Made by a program: the position numbers and the translations under genes. From contig CAJFCJ010000005.1 of NCBI GenBank assembly GCA_904063045.1, positions 3,094,165-3,158,164 of the forward strand: a stretch of DNA of 64,000 nucleotides. The letters run 5' to 3'. The notes under the pieces were generated by a model. It saw nothing but the letters and a program-made list of their open reading frames with translations, was not told the origin of the DNA and did no database searches. Positions within the stretch are counted from its first letter, which is position 1; every line of letters starts with the position of its first letter. Shown piece by piece: positions 35,265 through 48,894 of this stretch. This stretch comes from Dimorphilus gyrociliatus (lineage: Eukaryota > Animalia > Annelida).

Positions 35265-37535
35265 ATGTACAAGAGCTACGTTTCTCGGCAAGCTAAGGTT
35301 ATTTTTATGATTAAGCTTGTAAAATATACAGTATATTATATTAAAAATTAAAATATATTTGCATACGCATATATTACATAGACACGCTTTCCAATCGTCA
35401 CAATAAAATGGCTTTACGATAAGCTTTGCTCCGGAGCTAACGGAATGAGAATACTTGATGCTTCTTGGCATCTACCAAATAGTGGTAGACTTGGAAAGGA
35501 AGATTACGAAAAAGTTTGAAAAACTTTGTTGTAATTATTTCACTTTAAATTAATAGATTTACCTTTAGGAACATATAACGGGAGCTCAATTCTTTGACAT
35601 TGAAGAATGTTCTCAAAGTGACGACCAGACACAACATATGCTGCCAACTAAAACACAGTTTGAACAATATGTGGGAAAACTGGGAATAAACAATAAAACA
35701 CATGTGGTTGTGTATGATAATAATGAAAAGTTTGGCGTATTCTCTGCTCAAAGAGTTTGGTGGACTTTTAGAGTATTTGGACACGATGAAAGTTTGATAT
35801 CCGTTGTCCAAGGCGGTATGCCTAAATGGAAATTGGAATATCCAGAAAAAATTGAACAAAATGTAAATAATTCAGTAAAGATAATAATTCTTTTAGTAAA
35901 TTACGAATTTTTAGGTAGAAAAAGTTTCTACAGAGGTTTATAATGCCACCTATCGCCCTGAATTGGTTAAAACTTTAGAACAAGTGAAGGATATCCTTAA
36001 AAATACTGAAGTCGAACAAATATGCGATGCTAGACCGCCTGGTAGATTTCAAGGGACAGCTCCTGAGCCTAGAGAAGGTAATACTCTTATCAAATAAATG
36101 TTACTACTCCAATCAACACCTTTTCTATTAGGCGTAAAGTCCGGATCTATGCCTGGTGCCAAAAATGTAGCCTTTTTCTCTGTTCTGAATAATGATACTA
36201 GAGAATTAAAATCCAAAGAAGAGATTGAATCCATCTTCAAGGAGAACGGAGTTGATCTAAGCAAACCACTCTCGATGACATGTGGTTCAGGTAAACCAAT
36301 CCACCCTCAGCAATCTTATATCTTTTGTAGGCTGATAGTTTTTCATTTAGGCCTAGTGTTTCGTATATATTTTTCAAATCCATTCTACTCAGTTACAAGG
36401 TCGTAATAGACAATTCGAGTTGAAAAATCTCTCTAGATTGGCTATATTTCAAATAATTATATATCAGATTAAGAATCATTCGAATAATTTTACCATACGT
36501 AAAGGATGAACTTTTTCCGGAAAAATAAAAAGGTTGAAGAGAAAGCTGAAGCGAATTTACACGAGAAGGATCTAAAGAAGATCTATGAAAAACATTGTCG
36601 TATACTGGAACATTTAGAAAACTCTATTGCGAAGTTTAAAACTGTGACTGTTCTCATTCAATATCGTTATGAACGCACCAAACGTAAACCCAAGATTGTA
36701 AGGCACGGATGCCTTATAGATTTATTAAGAGAGTGTAGAGAAGAGTTCGAAAAAGTAAAGGCAGTTGTTGAAGAGGATAAAAGCAAATTGGAGGCCTATT
36801 ATCATTCAGAAGTGTTAGAAAAGTATGGAAAGAAAACAGAATTGAAATTGCAGACTGGCAGGGTTTGATATAAAAAAAATATATAAAAAATTAAAGCACA
36901 AATATTCAGTGATTCATTGCTTTTGAAACCTTTAGGCCTCTAGAAACTAAAGTAACAGTACCGAAATTCAATTACATAGTAGGAATAGCTTATAGACCTA
37001 CTTTAAATTTCCAACTATTTTTCCTGTTATCTTTTAAATAGTTTAAAATTTCATATCATTTTTAATTTTTGAGTTTCTTGTTGTCTATTTCAATGTTATC
37101 TTTGCCAGTCTGCAAATGATGCTAAGGCTTTGCTAGCGATTTACAAGAAATATCAATTAAAAGGAACCGAAAAAGAACAAGAAGAGAAAGTGAGAAATCT
37201 TCAAAGAGAGGTTTCATCAACACGACACGAATTAAATGAAAAGAGGAGAGATTTAGAGAAATTTTTCGAAAATGCTTTCTCAATTCAGAACAGATATAAT
37301 GAATTGAAACCTTTTATAAAAACTTATATTACTCAATAGATGCTAAGAAAAATATTTATGTTTTTAGTGTAATTTTTTTTCTATTATTTTTAATTACTCT
37401 GCAGGTATATCAGCATGTACTTTAGCCCTCGCAGCATATGTAGCAGGAAAAGAGGATGTTGCCGTCTATGACGGATCCTGGATAGAATGGTTTTATAGAG
37501 CTCCGGATGAACTAAAGCAGAATGTTCCCCAATAA
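35265..37535 (+). CDS. MPST: 3-mercaptopyruvate/thiosulfate sulfurtransferase (tandem rhodanese); 6 exons, last intron 36292-37404
   Basis: [58 protein letters not shown], active-site loop TCGSG|ISAC and [11 protein letters not shown]. The CGSG loop is MPST-type. The N-terminal exon is less certain. Confidence 0.88.
36506..37339 (+). CDS. Putative nested 195-aa coiled-coil protein in the MPST last intron (exons 36506-36862 and 37109-37339)
   Basis: Two long K/E-rich ORFs in a GC-elevated part of an outlier 1.1-kb intron. Donor AGG|gtttga and acceptor tctttgccag|TCT join them in phase 0. An in-frame stop lies 2 codons upstream of the ATG. Confidence 0.6.
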
Positions 37536-38478
37536 ATTTATCAGTATTAACCAAGCAAAATGATACGAATGACAATAATGAATGATTTACGTTTTATCAA
37601 AATGATTGCAACAAAGATGAGGAATTTTTGCTTTAATAAATAGATTAAAAAAAAGTGTGTTAAAAGAAAGTACAGTCAGTATATGAATGTTCTAATTAAA
37701 TATAAAGTAAGCTCCCAAATACTTTAACCTTTTCTTATAGTTGTATATTAATACTTCATAAAGAAATTGAAGATAAATTTGCGTAATTATATTAGTATAA
37801 AAATATTCTTCAGATAAAAGATCCCTTTTCTATATTAATCAACTAGTTTTTGTCTATATCCTATACAGCTGTCCCAAGGATTTAGCATTTATCTCTATGT
37901 TTCAATGTATGTAAAAAATGAGAAATAAAGCAGATATTAATTAAATCAACGTCCTGATTTCAAGATATTTGCCAACAATAAATGTAATCACTATCTAATT
38001 ACATAAATAGATCATTATTGTTTTATTATTGTGGCAAAGAAAAAAAACAATCTCAGCAAAATTCTACAATTTAGAATTATGTACAGTATACTTTCATATT
38101 TCCAATTAAATACAAGAGAGGGCAAATGTGTAGTAAGACCTATTAGTAACTATGGTAACAAGTTTGACACTATTAAGTAAAATGATTGACTTTTTAATAA
38201 CATCCCACTCTAGCTGTTGTTGTTGTTTTAAAAGATCTAACAATTCACTAAAAAAGGCAAAGGAGAAAAAGATTGATTGTTATATTTTTTTTATAGGGGA
38301 AATTTATCAAAACCAATTCATTTGTTTAATTTAGCTAGCCTCTGTTAAATTATATTTTAACAATAACGAACCGTGTCTAATTGATCCACTTTACATATTG
38401 ATAAATAAAGATGATTATTTCTTAAATTTCATTTTGACATAATTAATTCAATTTGAAAGTTAATCGCCAAGATTTTCA

Positions 38479-38766
38479 ATGTCAAGTAGAGATAAGAAGC
38501 TCAACGTTTATAGTAAACATTCGTGCAGTCGTCACTTTAATCCGAGACTAATAGGCAGGAAAAAAGATAAAGGTCCCCTAATAAACCAAAATGCTGAACG
38601 AAATCGTAAAAAAGAAGAAAAGCAAACCCTAGAGAAAACAGATAGTAAAACATCACTTCAAGCTCAGTTCGATTCGGATCTAGTTGATCCTTATAGAGAT
38701 TATTCAATCTTATTTAAACCGCCGTTTTACAGAAAGAAGAAAGGAGACAATTTAAGAATAGAGTAG
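38479..38766 (+). CDS. Putative small basic orphan protein (95 aa, single exon)
   Basis: ORF with protein-like composition (K/R/D/E-rich, ...DLVDPYRDYSILFKPPFYRKK...) in otherwise very AT-rich DNA. I recognise no homology. Confidence 0.4.
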   Translation: MSSRDKKLNVYSKHSCSRHFNPRLIGRKKDKGPLINQNAERNRKKEEKQTLEKTDSKTSLQAQFDSDLVDPYRDYSILFKPPFYRKKKGDNLRIE

Positions 38767-39024
38767 CAATTTATTTAAATAATATAAAAACACTATAAAA
38801 GAGAAAAACAAACTAATTTCCAAACGCTTTTGTGTTTTTGATTTTTTTTAAAAAAAAAAGGTGAAAAGTAAAACAAACTGCATAAAAATTCGAAATTAAT
38901 AAATAATTATCAGTAATAAATATCATTAAATAATATTTCTGTTGTTAAGCTAAGCTACGTGTTTGTAGGCTTGTGTTTTGTCTGTGTTTTTTGTCATCTA
39001 GGTGTTTTATTTTTTTCCATTTGA

Positions 39025-42000
39025 TTATGTTTCTGCTTCCTTTACTGTTTTTAATTTTGCAGCCATCTCTATGAAAAATATTAAGTGTTGAAGAGTAAGA
39101 GAATTGTTTGTTATTTTAAATTTTAATAGTTTTTGATTAAAATAGGATTTAATTACGGAATAGACCTACCTTCGTTATCTCGTATCAATTTTCCACCTAT
39201 AGAAGAAAGAGCCTTTATTTTTGATTCGATTCTTCTGCATAAAATTTCAGGATCTGCCTTGTCTTTTAGCATTTCCAAGGATGTACATTCGGATTTTGGA
39301 GGTGATGAAGCTGTTGAAGTTCGTACTTGAGTTCTTGTCTTCTTTTCATTTGATCTAATAGAATAAGAATACAGATAAAAAGACTAAAGGGATTTGTTGA
39401 GTTAAAATTTAATTATACTTTTGAAGCTCGTCTTGTTTCTTATGAACTCTTTCTAATTCTTCCTGATATCTCTTCTTCTGCTTTCCATCCTCTTCAGGTT
39501 TTCTTTCACTTTTGTCCTGCTTATATTCCTCCTTGTTAGACGTCTTATTGGAAGTGTTATTTAATTGTTCGACAAGGGATTTTAATTCTCCAACGAATCG
39601 GACAATATCACTTGTACTGATACTTTCCCCATTCTGCATTGATAGTATAATTAAATAGTTTATTGATTGCGGTCATAATTGATAAACAGGCTCATAAACC
39701 TAAATCAAATCTTGACTACTTTAGTACCATAAATTTTTACTTTCATTACATCCGTTTTGTATTGCGTTTATTACATTATAAACTGGAAGAAAATGAGTTT
39801 GTGATAGTAAAAAGTATATAAGTAGAAAATATGTTGCAGAAAAATTGTAGTAGGAGCGGATAAGATAATAATTAATAATGAAAACTGGTAATTAAAAATA
39901 AACCAACTTGTACAGCATCTATATCATGTTCAACGTTCGAATATTTTTTTGGTGGTAGATCTTTTTTTAATTTTCCTTCCAATTCTTTCTTTTCAATCTC
40001 GTGCTTTAATTTCAATTTAGCGACATCCTGAGCGTATTTAGCTTCTAAAACGTTCTCGTTCCTCCTTTCCATTTGTACCTGTACCATAAATATGTTGTTT
40101 CTGTATACATCGTATACAATATAATCTATACAACTGACAAGTGAATTCTTACAAAAATTAGAGCAAAAAAGTGTAACTTACAGAATCGATAACCTTTTCA
40201 AGACTATGGATAGTTTGCACAAGACGTTCGTTATCGTTCTGAGATTGCATAAGCTCTTGAGCGAGATTTTCATTTCTCGATAGAGATTTTTCAATTGCTT
40301 CGCAAAGTTTCTCATTCTCAGAGACAAGAATTCTCTTTTCCTTTTTTTTTTACATACAAATATACTAATGTATTATTCAAGTAAATTTCAAAAAGTTACT
40401 TTTCGTACCTTATCAAAATTTTCAAAACAATCTTCAAACCACCTAATTCTTGAATTTAAACTATCAATTTCTCTTCTCTTTTCTGTTACCTCTTTTTGGA
40501 CTTTACCAGCTACTTTAACGGCTATTATTGAATTTTTAATGAAGTATTAATTAATTAATAAAATTATATATTTTCCATACCTTTTCCATCTAATTTTTCT
40601 TGAAGTTTTAAAGCTTTCTTAGCCAGTCTTGTATCGTGCATTAAAGCTTTAACTTGCTCTTTTAACTTATCAATTTCTTCATTTTTAGATTGTTCCGTAG
40701 CTCTAAACTTTTCAATACATTGGTCTTTTTCCGATAAATTGACACCCAAATCGTATTGAGTACTTTTTAGTTCGTCAGCAATCTGAGACATTTCATCTTC
40801 CAATTCTTTCTTGGAATTTGTTAAGGTTTCCACTTGACTTGCCAATCCCTCTCTGTCTTTTTTTATATCTTTAATTTCGTCTTCGTATCTAGCAATAACC
40901 TTCGTTCTTTCCTCATTATCACGTTTCATTACAGCCAACTCTTTTTCAGCTTCTCTTAATTGCTTCATCGTTGAATCTCTTTCGTCTCTAATAGAATTAT
41001 TACTCTTCGCCTGAATATCAGCCATCTGCGACAATTTTACATTTTGTTCCTTAAGTGTTTCGAAAGAAGAGTTCCTTTCTTCAAGTTGAATAGTTAATTT
41101 ATCCTTAGACTTTCTTACATTAACTAATTCTTCGTTTCTTTCGTTGCATAGCTTAGAAAAATAGTCTTTTTCTTCTGAAAATCTTTTAAAATCATCGGCA
41201 AGCGTTACATTTTCATTAGTTAAACGTTCATTTTCGGCTTTGAATTGTATTATCAAAGATTCTAATTCGCTTAATTTCGAGCTATTATCCTTTCTGGTAC
41301 TTTCCGATGTGTTATATTGCATTTTTACTTGTTCGTAAGACACTTGCGTTTCGCTTAGTTTCTTTGTTAAAACTTCTACTTGAGCCTCTAATTTTCTAAT
41401 GGTCTCATTAGTATGCTCGTATTTCTCTCTATCTAAAGTACTCATCTGTTCAATGAACAGATTGATAAGTAAGGAGAAAAAAAGAAAGAGGATATTATCT
41501 ACAGTAATAAGTTTTATTGTTAATTGAAAAGAAGAAGAAAAATAATACAAACTGCATTTCTATAAGCGTCTTTTGCGTCTTTCTCACTCCTTTTTAGTTC
41601 GCCTCTCAAATCGTCTAGATCCTCTTGTTTCTTTTCATTTTGACGGAATAAATTATTAGCTTTTTCTTGTAGTGCTGTCTCCGAATCAGTCAATCTTTTA
41701 TTCTCCTTAGTTAAATGTTCTATTTCACATTCCATCCTAGTAAGAGCCGTCTATTATCAATCAATAATGAATAAATTATTTAATAGCTTTACGAATGTTA
41801 TACGATTTGGTATGAAATAATTAAAGTAAAGATAATGAAGGAGAAAAAATCGTACTTTCATTTCGTTATATGTTGATTCTAACACACTATATTTCTTAGC
41901 CGTGTCCATTTTATCGTTAGAAGATAGGGCGGCTTCCTTTTGGGCTTCGTCTAGGCCGACTTCTAGTGCATTTTGCTGTTATATTTTGTAAAGTTAAAGC

Positions 42001-44339
42001 TGAAACACTGTTTCTTATGATAAAAACTATAGAAACAACCTTTTCCTTCCATAAATGTCTATCTTGAGCATAATCTTTTTCCATTTCAAACAATCTGGAT
42101 TTAAGATTATTCATAGCTGATTCCTTCTGATTAATGTCATCACGGTATTGTTTCCTTTGTGTAAAAAGTAGTTTTGTAATATAAAAAAAGCATAATTAAC
42201 GATTGTACAAATGAATGGAGATATTAATAAAACAAACAATAGGATGTTAAAGAATCTTACTCTAAATTCGCAATTTGTTCTTTTAGAAGTCCTGATTGCT
42301 TTTTCATCATTTCTAATTTCTCATTAATGCTTTGTACATCGTGTTCACAATTGACTTTAATTCTTCTTTCGCTTAATTCATGATCGTAAGTCAACTCCCT
42401 TATTTTCCTCTCATTTGAAGCTTTCATTTCGGATATATCATTTTCTAGCTGCAATAATTCGTAAGAAAATTGACAAGAGTTGTTTTTATGAAATGATTAG
42501 AATAATAATTAAAAAAAATAATAATATAATAATAAATAACAATAAGAAACGAATGAATGAGCAAATGAATTGTACTTGTTGTATCGTAAAAGCCTTATTT
42601 TCTAACTCAAATTCCATTTCTTTAAGTTCTTTTTCGACGCACTCGACCATACAAGATATAGAAGAAGAAGGAATCGATTTTACATCTTTCTGTCGTCGTT
42701 CTAGCTGCTATAAAGGTAAATCCGAAAAAAAAGTAATATAAAATTCTTTTCATTTTTTTTTTAAAAAACAAATTTCTTCTATTAAAAAGAAATTTATTTT
42801 ATTTTTTTATTTTGCTTTACCGCTCTTAAAACGTTTTTCAAATGATAAATTGCTGTATCCGCTTCTGCACTATAATTCTGGAATTTCTCTACTTTATCTG
42901 TTAAATCTTTAATTGTTTCATCTTGCATTTTGTTAGTTCCTTCCAAATATTTTAATTGCTTTTGAAGTTTTCTCATAACGCTGTCGTGCCCTAATGATTC
43001 CTTTTTCCTTTTAAGCAAACATAATTAAAATGTTTAAGGACGATTTTCTCTATAAATCATATACAGTATACGCTTACTTATTCTCAAGTAGAGAATCCCT
43101 TGCTATAATCGCTTCTTGAAGATTACCTTTCAAATTCGCTATCGTAGATCTAAATGATTCTTTCTGATCATTATTCAACTTCAGGATCTTTGTACAAAGC
43201 ATAATTGTTGTTATTAAAATGTAAAATTAATAATTGAACTCCTACCTCTGAAAGGCGTTTCTTTAAGTCATTAGTTTCCGTCTGAGTATATTTGAGTTTT
43301 TCTTCTAGTTGTTCGCTACAGAATAAACACAACGACAATAATAATTTTCAATGAAATATGGTACAATTGCGTGATACAAACTATGGTAGGATTACTGAAG
43401 ATGAAGATCTTGACATAAAAGAATCAGGTGTAATATTGGTTAATGAACTAGAGAATATAGTTGAATCTGAAGTGTGCGATTGAGATTCCTGTTTAGGACT
43501 TGTTTCCAAACCAAATTCGAATTGTAAATCTTTAGTTGCTTTCGATTGAGCCGCCATTTCTCTTCTACAAGTAATATATTCAAGAAAAGAAGAAAGTATA
43601 AAAATTGTTAGAATTTTCTCACCTACCAATTAAAATTCTTACCTGAGTTGATTGAAAGTAGTCATGGCGTTTATTGGCTTTTGCCGGCCAGAGTTGCTAG
43701 TCCTGCTGCTATTCGATAATATTCCATCGCTAGTGTTCATAAGAGACTCTGCATGTTAGAAAAGGAATAAGGCACAGAAAGCACTAGTATAATACAGATA
43801 TTTATTAAATGATCTATCCATCTATCTATCGATCTATCTAGATATATATATAGATATATATAGATATATGTATATACTCTTTTTAGTTGTCTTAGCATGT
43901 GAATTTAGCATTTTAAGAAAAGAGAAAGAGATCTTTGATTAATCTTATATTAATCGGGTCAAATATTTAAAGTAGTAAGGGAAACTACTTTCGAACCTCT
44001 TACACAACAAATACCATGTTTTCTTATGTTAATATATCTTTCATCTTTCAGTTGGAGTGTTTTCAAAGTAAATTTTAGGCATTTAATACAGATATTAAAA
44101 TAGGATAATGGTTTACAAAGTTAATTACTATACAATTAATAAATTTGAAACGATCTTTAGAATTTTAATCTTAAAAATAAATTGTTGTTGAGAATTATAT
44201 TTTGGATATATATACCCCCTAGTCTATCCGTCACTGCCAGAAGCCGATTTCCTTCTTCTTCCAACCGACTTATTTCATCCGCAAAATCTTTAGATGTTTT
44301 GAAAGCATATTTACTTTCGGGGGAGCTTGAATAGCTCAT
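39025..44339 (-). CDS. CCDC158: Long coiled-coil protein, CCDC158-like; many exons
   Basis: Spliced segments LQEAIIARDSLLE-LKRKKES, KLDGK|AVKVAGKVQKEVTEKRREIDSLNSRIRWFE and YAQDVAKLKLKHEIEKKELEG resemble, from memory, human CCDC158 (ERDAMADIRRRES; DGHAMKVAMGMQKQITAKRGQIDALQSKIQFLE; ESVRLKLQHTLDIKELQG). Ends EMAAKLKTVKEAET*. Confidence 0.72.
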
Positions 44340-45591
44340 TGCTCTTCGCTATTAAAGATTATTTAAACGCATATATTTAGCTCTGTTAGACAGCAGAAAC
44401 AACTACAAACAAGTAACAACTTGTCTCCGCATAACAGAATTACACGAAAATTGGACTAATCTTAGTCTGATAATAATGCTGAATTTTTTCGCAATCGGGT
44501 TAGTAAAATATGGGAAATTATTAAAAAAGTTAATTAAATTTAGTTAATCGAAACGAAAAGAGTCATTAATCATAAATTTATAAGCAAAGATATACATTTC
44601 ATTTTTTAAATAGTACAAAGAAAATTTGCGTAAAACTGGTTCGTGGTTGAATTCTGGAAATTCTTTACAGTATAGAATAGGAATAGGTACCCAGTCAAAT
44701 TTATGGTAAATTTAATACAGATGGCCTTCTCGTCTTCGCGATTCACGGCGAGTAAAGCGTAAGTACGTATTTATTAAATTTACCTATAGAAATACCACTT
44801 TCAATCAGTTATACTGTTGTATCTAGGTACCTAACATAAACACTGAAGGTATGTCTTTCAGGCTTGACTCGATCGATGCGATAATCGATTGAAAACTATG
44901 TATTTGAAGCCCCACCCGTATTCGTATTGAATTTAGTATGTTTGTCATTCAATTAAGTGAAGATCTCGATATTGTATAAACTGTTTATATTAATTTATAT
45001 TTATATACGACAGTTAGATGAAAACTGCTTATAGAATGAATGATTTCTATTTAATATAAGAGGAGAAATAGAGATGTATTTCCTTTTTATATTTCAAAAT
45101 TTTTAGGCCTGAATAACGTTCTGTCAAGAAAAATAACGTTCTATGATAAAAGATACTACTAAACAATCTATATTAAATAGAAGTTAACTTTTTTCGTTTA
45201 AATTAGGCCCAAATAATTTTGTTCCCTACGACAAACAAAGCGAACGTTCCGCTGTAAACTTCGCTTGCAATGCAGCATTCAGAGCACTGCAGTCATATCG
45301 ATTTTGCAGCAGCCATCGAGCGCTGTAAATTCTTGCGGTACTGAACATAGTCGGATTACAAAGGGCGTGTTTTAACACGACATTGACATCGCTTATCAGT
45401 AACCGGCCTATTGGTGAGTTGTATGCAGTTGTTATCATCGTTTGAAACGTAGGAGTCGATAGGTAAATGTATTACTGTTGTTTATACACGCCTACCATTC
45501 TATTTCCATACATTCTATTTTATCTATTCTTGTTCTTTATCAATTAATTCTAAATCATTAATTTCTCTTATACATATTTAGTACATGAAAC

Positions 45592-45796
45592 ATGCCTGGC
45601 CGTGGCTATAAGAAACCGAAACCCGAGCTGCATTGTGATTATTGCGATTACGTAACAACTAGGCCTAGTTATCTGGAAGATCATATTCGAGTTCATACAG
45701 GAGAAAAGCCGTTTGTGTAAGTAGAAAAATATTAATAAAAGCTGCATAGTATACACATATACTTGTACATTATACATACAAATAGTATATAGAGAA

Positions 45797-45839
<43 letters not shown>

Positions 45840-48316
45840 ACAAATATGAATATTTAAAAAGTAAATAAACAAAACTAACAATAATTGGCAAAATTATAAG
45901 ATTTTTATAATTAATTTAATTAATTTGTATTAGTTATATGCAAAAATAAGCCTATATATATATATAATTATACAAGCATAAATACATACATTGCATACAT
46001 AACGTAGATTTTGATTGATTTGAATTCAATGTTATTTTTTTTTATTTTTTTTTTTTTGCATGTTCGATGTTTTCCTATGTGTTTTTTTTTGGATTTAATT
46101 ATTTTTAGCTGCATGATTCTTGCTATTAATAAACAAAAATTAGTGACAAAAAATGTCAAAACCTTAGAATATTAAAAAAAAAATATTATATAGAAAGGAA
46201 AGGTGAGTTAAGATTTTTCTCTTTTTTTTGTTTTTGTTTCTTTTTTTACTAATTAATAATAACAATATTAATAATAGTTGTTTTTTTAACTTAATTAGAT
46301 AATAATAGCTATAAAATATTCAAAATGCTTTATATTGTTTGTTTTCCCTTATTCTTCTTTATCTTTTTCTACTATCCGTTTGTGTTTTTTTTTTCTCTCT
46401 CCTCTCTCTCCTCTCTCTCTTTTTTAAATCTAGAAAACCTAATTACTAAAATAAACCAACCGTGTCGTCTCTACTTTAACATATACACATTGTTTTTTTT
46501 TCTTTTTATATAACAAACTTTGTTTTTTGTTTCATCTTTTTTCTTCCTTTTTAATATTTTCAATTATCTTCTTTTCACTTTTTCTCTCTCTTTCTCTCTC
46601 TTTCTCTCTATATCTCGCTTTTGTCCTCTTGTTTTAATGAAATTATCTTTTATTCTCAGATGTAAAGTTTGCGGAAAAGCATTTTCACAGAAATCAAATT
46701 TAGGACAACATATGAAAGTGAGTTAATATAATAAAATGTGTTTATTCTGTTGTTAAATGTATACTACATTTTTAGGTTCATGGAGCTGGAGATCAAACGA
46801 AATATCAATGTGAATTTTGTCAATTTTCTTCAAAATGGAAAACGTCTTTGCAAGTCCATCTGAGAACTCATACAGGGGAAAGACCTTTTAAGTATGTGTC
46901 CTACGAAAGTCGCTTTTTTTTCTAGTTAAAAATAGAACAAAAATTATTTATCGTTTGGCACAGGTGCAAGCTATGTGACAGAACGTTTTCTCAATCGACT
47001 CACTGCAATTCTCACATGAGAGAAGCACACGAGGGAATCCGATCTTACAAGTGCCCTCACTGTCAGAAGCAGTTTAAGAGGCTCGAGCATTTAATGAAGC
47101 ATAAGGAGTACCATTCAACTAAGTAATTTTTATACCATATATTTACCACTCTTGTTTTTACTAATGGCCTTTTACAGTTTCTCTGTTTATTTCTTTTTTG
47201 TTTTTTTCCAGATCTTATCCTTGCAAACACTGTAATATAACATTCCACTCGATCTGGTCTCTGAAGAAGCATAGAAAAAAGTGCACGCGATGCTTCTTAC
47301 TATGCTCGCTTTGCAATCAGCAATGCATCGATCGTCAAGCTTTGGCTTTTCATTACGCTCAGCATTGCTCCATACATCAGGCCCATTGTACTATTTGCGT
47401 AAAGTATCGCACGTCGCAATTAACCGATGCTGCCGAATCGGCGAAAAGATGCAACAAAATGTGTGGATTTTGTAGTAAGGCATTCGCTTCACCCTACCTC
47501 AGACTAGTCCATGAAAGTTTCGGGCACAGAGGAAATGAAAATATAAAAGTTTGCGATGGGTGCTTTTTCAAAACCAAGAGCGAAACTTCTCTTCAAAAAC
47601 ATTATCGATTATTTCACGGAACAAATAAGAACTTGAAACGCCTACATTGCGTGTTCTGCACACGATATTTTAGGTCCAAAACAATTCGTTTAGTTCATAC
47701 AACACGGGTGCATAAATTCGAATATGCTAAAACCTGTAAAGAGCGATGGGCTAGACATATGATATATAAATTAGCTGGAAAGGATTTAGCGTCTCAGATT
47801 CTTAACGGTCAATATCTACCGACGAGTCGTAAAACAGAAACGATAATGAAATTGACAACGTCCTCTGGAAGAAGAGGCGGCAGGCGAGACATTAAAGATC
47901 CCCAAAGTCCAGTCGATAATCGTCCTAAGGACACAATAGTCATTGAACCTGTACCTCAAAAACAGAGAAGGAAACAAGCCGCTCCACAAAAAATATCAAA
48001 GGTCGACGCTTCCGATAAAATGCAATTAATAAAGCTTAACGGCGGAAAGAATGAAACACCCTCGCCGTTCCGTTTTATAGTGGGTAGCAACGCCATAACT
48101 CAATCCGTCTTTATTCCCCAAACCCTATCAGCCTTAGGACTGCAGCCCATAGCCAATAATTCTGGCGTAATACCAGTACCAACCATTAATGTAAAATCCG
48201 AACCAGAAACCGATGAGTCATCTTTAAATGTCTCACTCGATTCACTCGAAGCCGAAATGGTAAAAACAGAAGATACCGGCGAATTAATTCAAGTCCTACC
48301 CGAACGTATACTTTGA
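45592..48316 (+). CDS. Multi-C2H2 zinc finger protein (about 10 fingers, then a disordered C-terminus); 5 coding exons
   Basis: MPGRGYKKPKPELHCDYCDY...HTGEKPF|VCKVCGKAFSQKSNLGQHMK|VH...HTGERPF|KCKLC...|RSYPCKHC... Introns at 45717-46659 and about 46718-46777, 46892-46963, 47122-47211. Confidence 0.88.
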
Positions 48317-48894
48317 ACGTGAAGAAGACAGAGACGATGAAATGAAAAAAAAATCTTATTATTTGTGAGTGTACACCATTTGCGTATGAAGTGTTTTTTG
48401 ATTTACATAGTTGTTTATCTTAAATATTTGTTAATAATTCTATTGTTTTGGCCTACGCATTTTCACGATTCTTCTACCCTTTTACCTAAATTAATTTCTT
48501 TGGGGGAGTTTTACCTTGTTTATCTCCTATAATTATTTTTTTTTGCGGTGTGTTCACAAATTAACTGGAAAAATTTCTGTTTTCGCTTTTTTTCCTCTTT
48601 GGTGCTTTATGCAGTTTTTTATTTGTTATTTCTTGTTTTTTTTTTAATGCAGTATTAAACGTTTTCTGTTGTCAAATTTTGATTATGTGAAAAATCAGAG
48701 TGGCTTAAAATAACTCAGTATACTAACTGATCAGGAATAAGGTGAAAAAAGAGAATGAGAGAGAAAAAGTAAGATTTAAAAAGCTCAGCAGAGATCTTTA
48801 GGTAGAGAATTGAGTAACAAATAAGAGAGAGAGAATGAGAAATAAATTAACAGTTTCGAGCAAATATTTGTTTGATATTATTATGTACATAAAT

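Noticed and set aside
37741-37982. Apparent three-exon chain reading CILILHKEIEDKFACPKDLAFISMFQYICQQ*
   Set aside because: Phases fit among the three pieces, but the only upstream ATG exon (37683) ends in the wrong phase. Chance GT/AG sites are abundant in this DNA.
38107-38334. Plus ORF with CCCC and the opposite-strand ELLDLLKQQQQLEW reading
   Set aside because: Both derive from a short (TGT/ACA)n repeat, and no supporting start or flanking exons were found.
45238-45266. Hairpin AAGCGAA...TTCGCTT in the zinc finger 5' region
   Set aside because: The stem is too short for a miRNA precursor and matches no RNA family I recognise.
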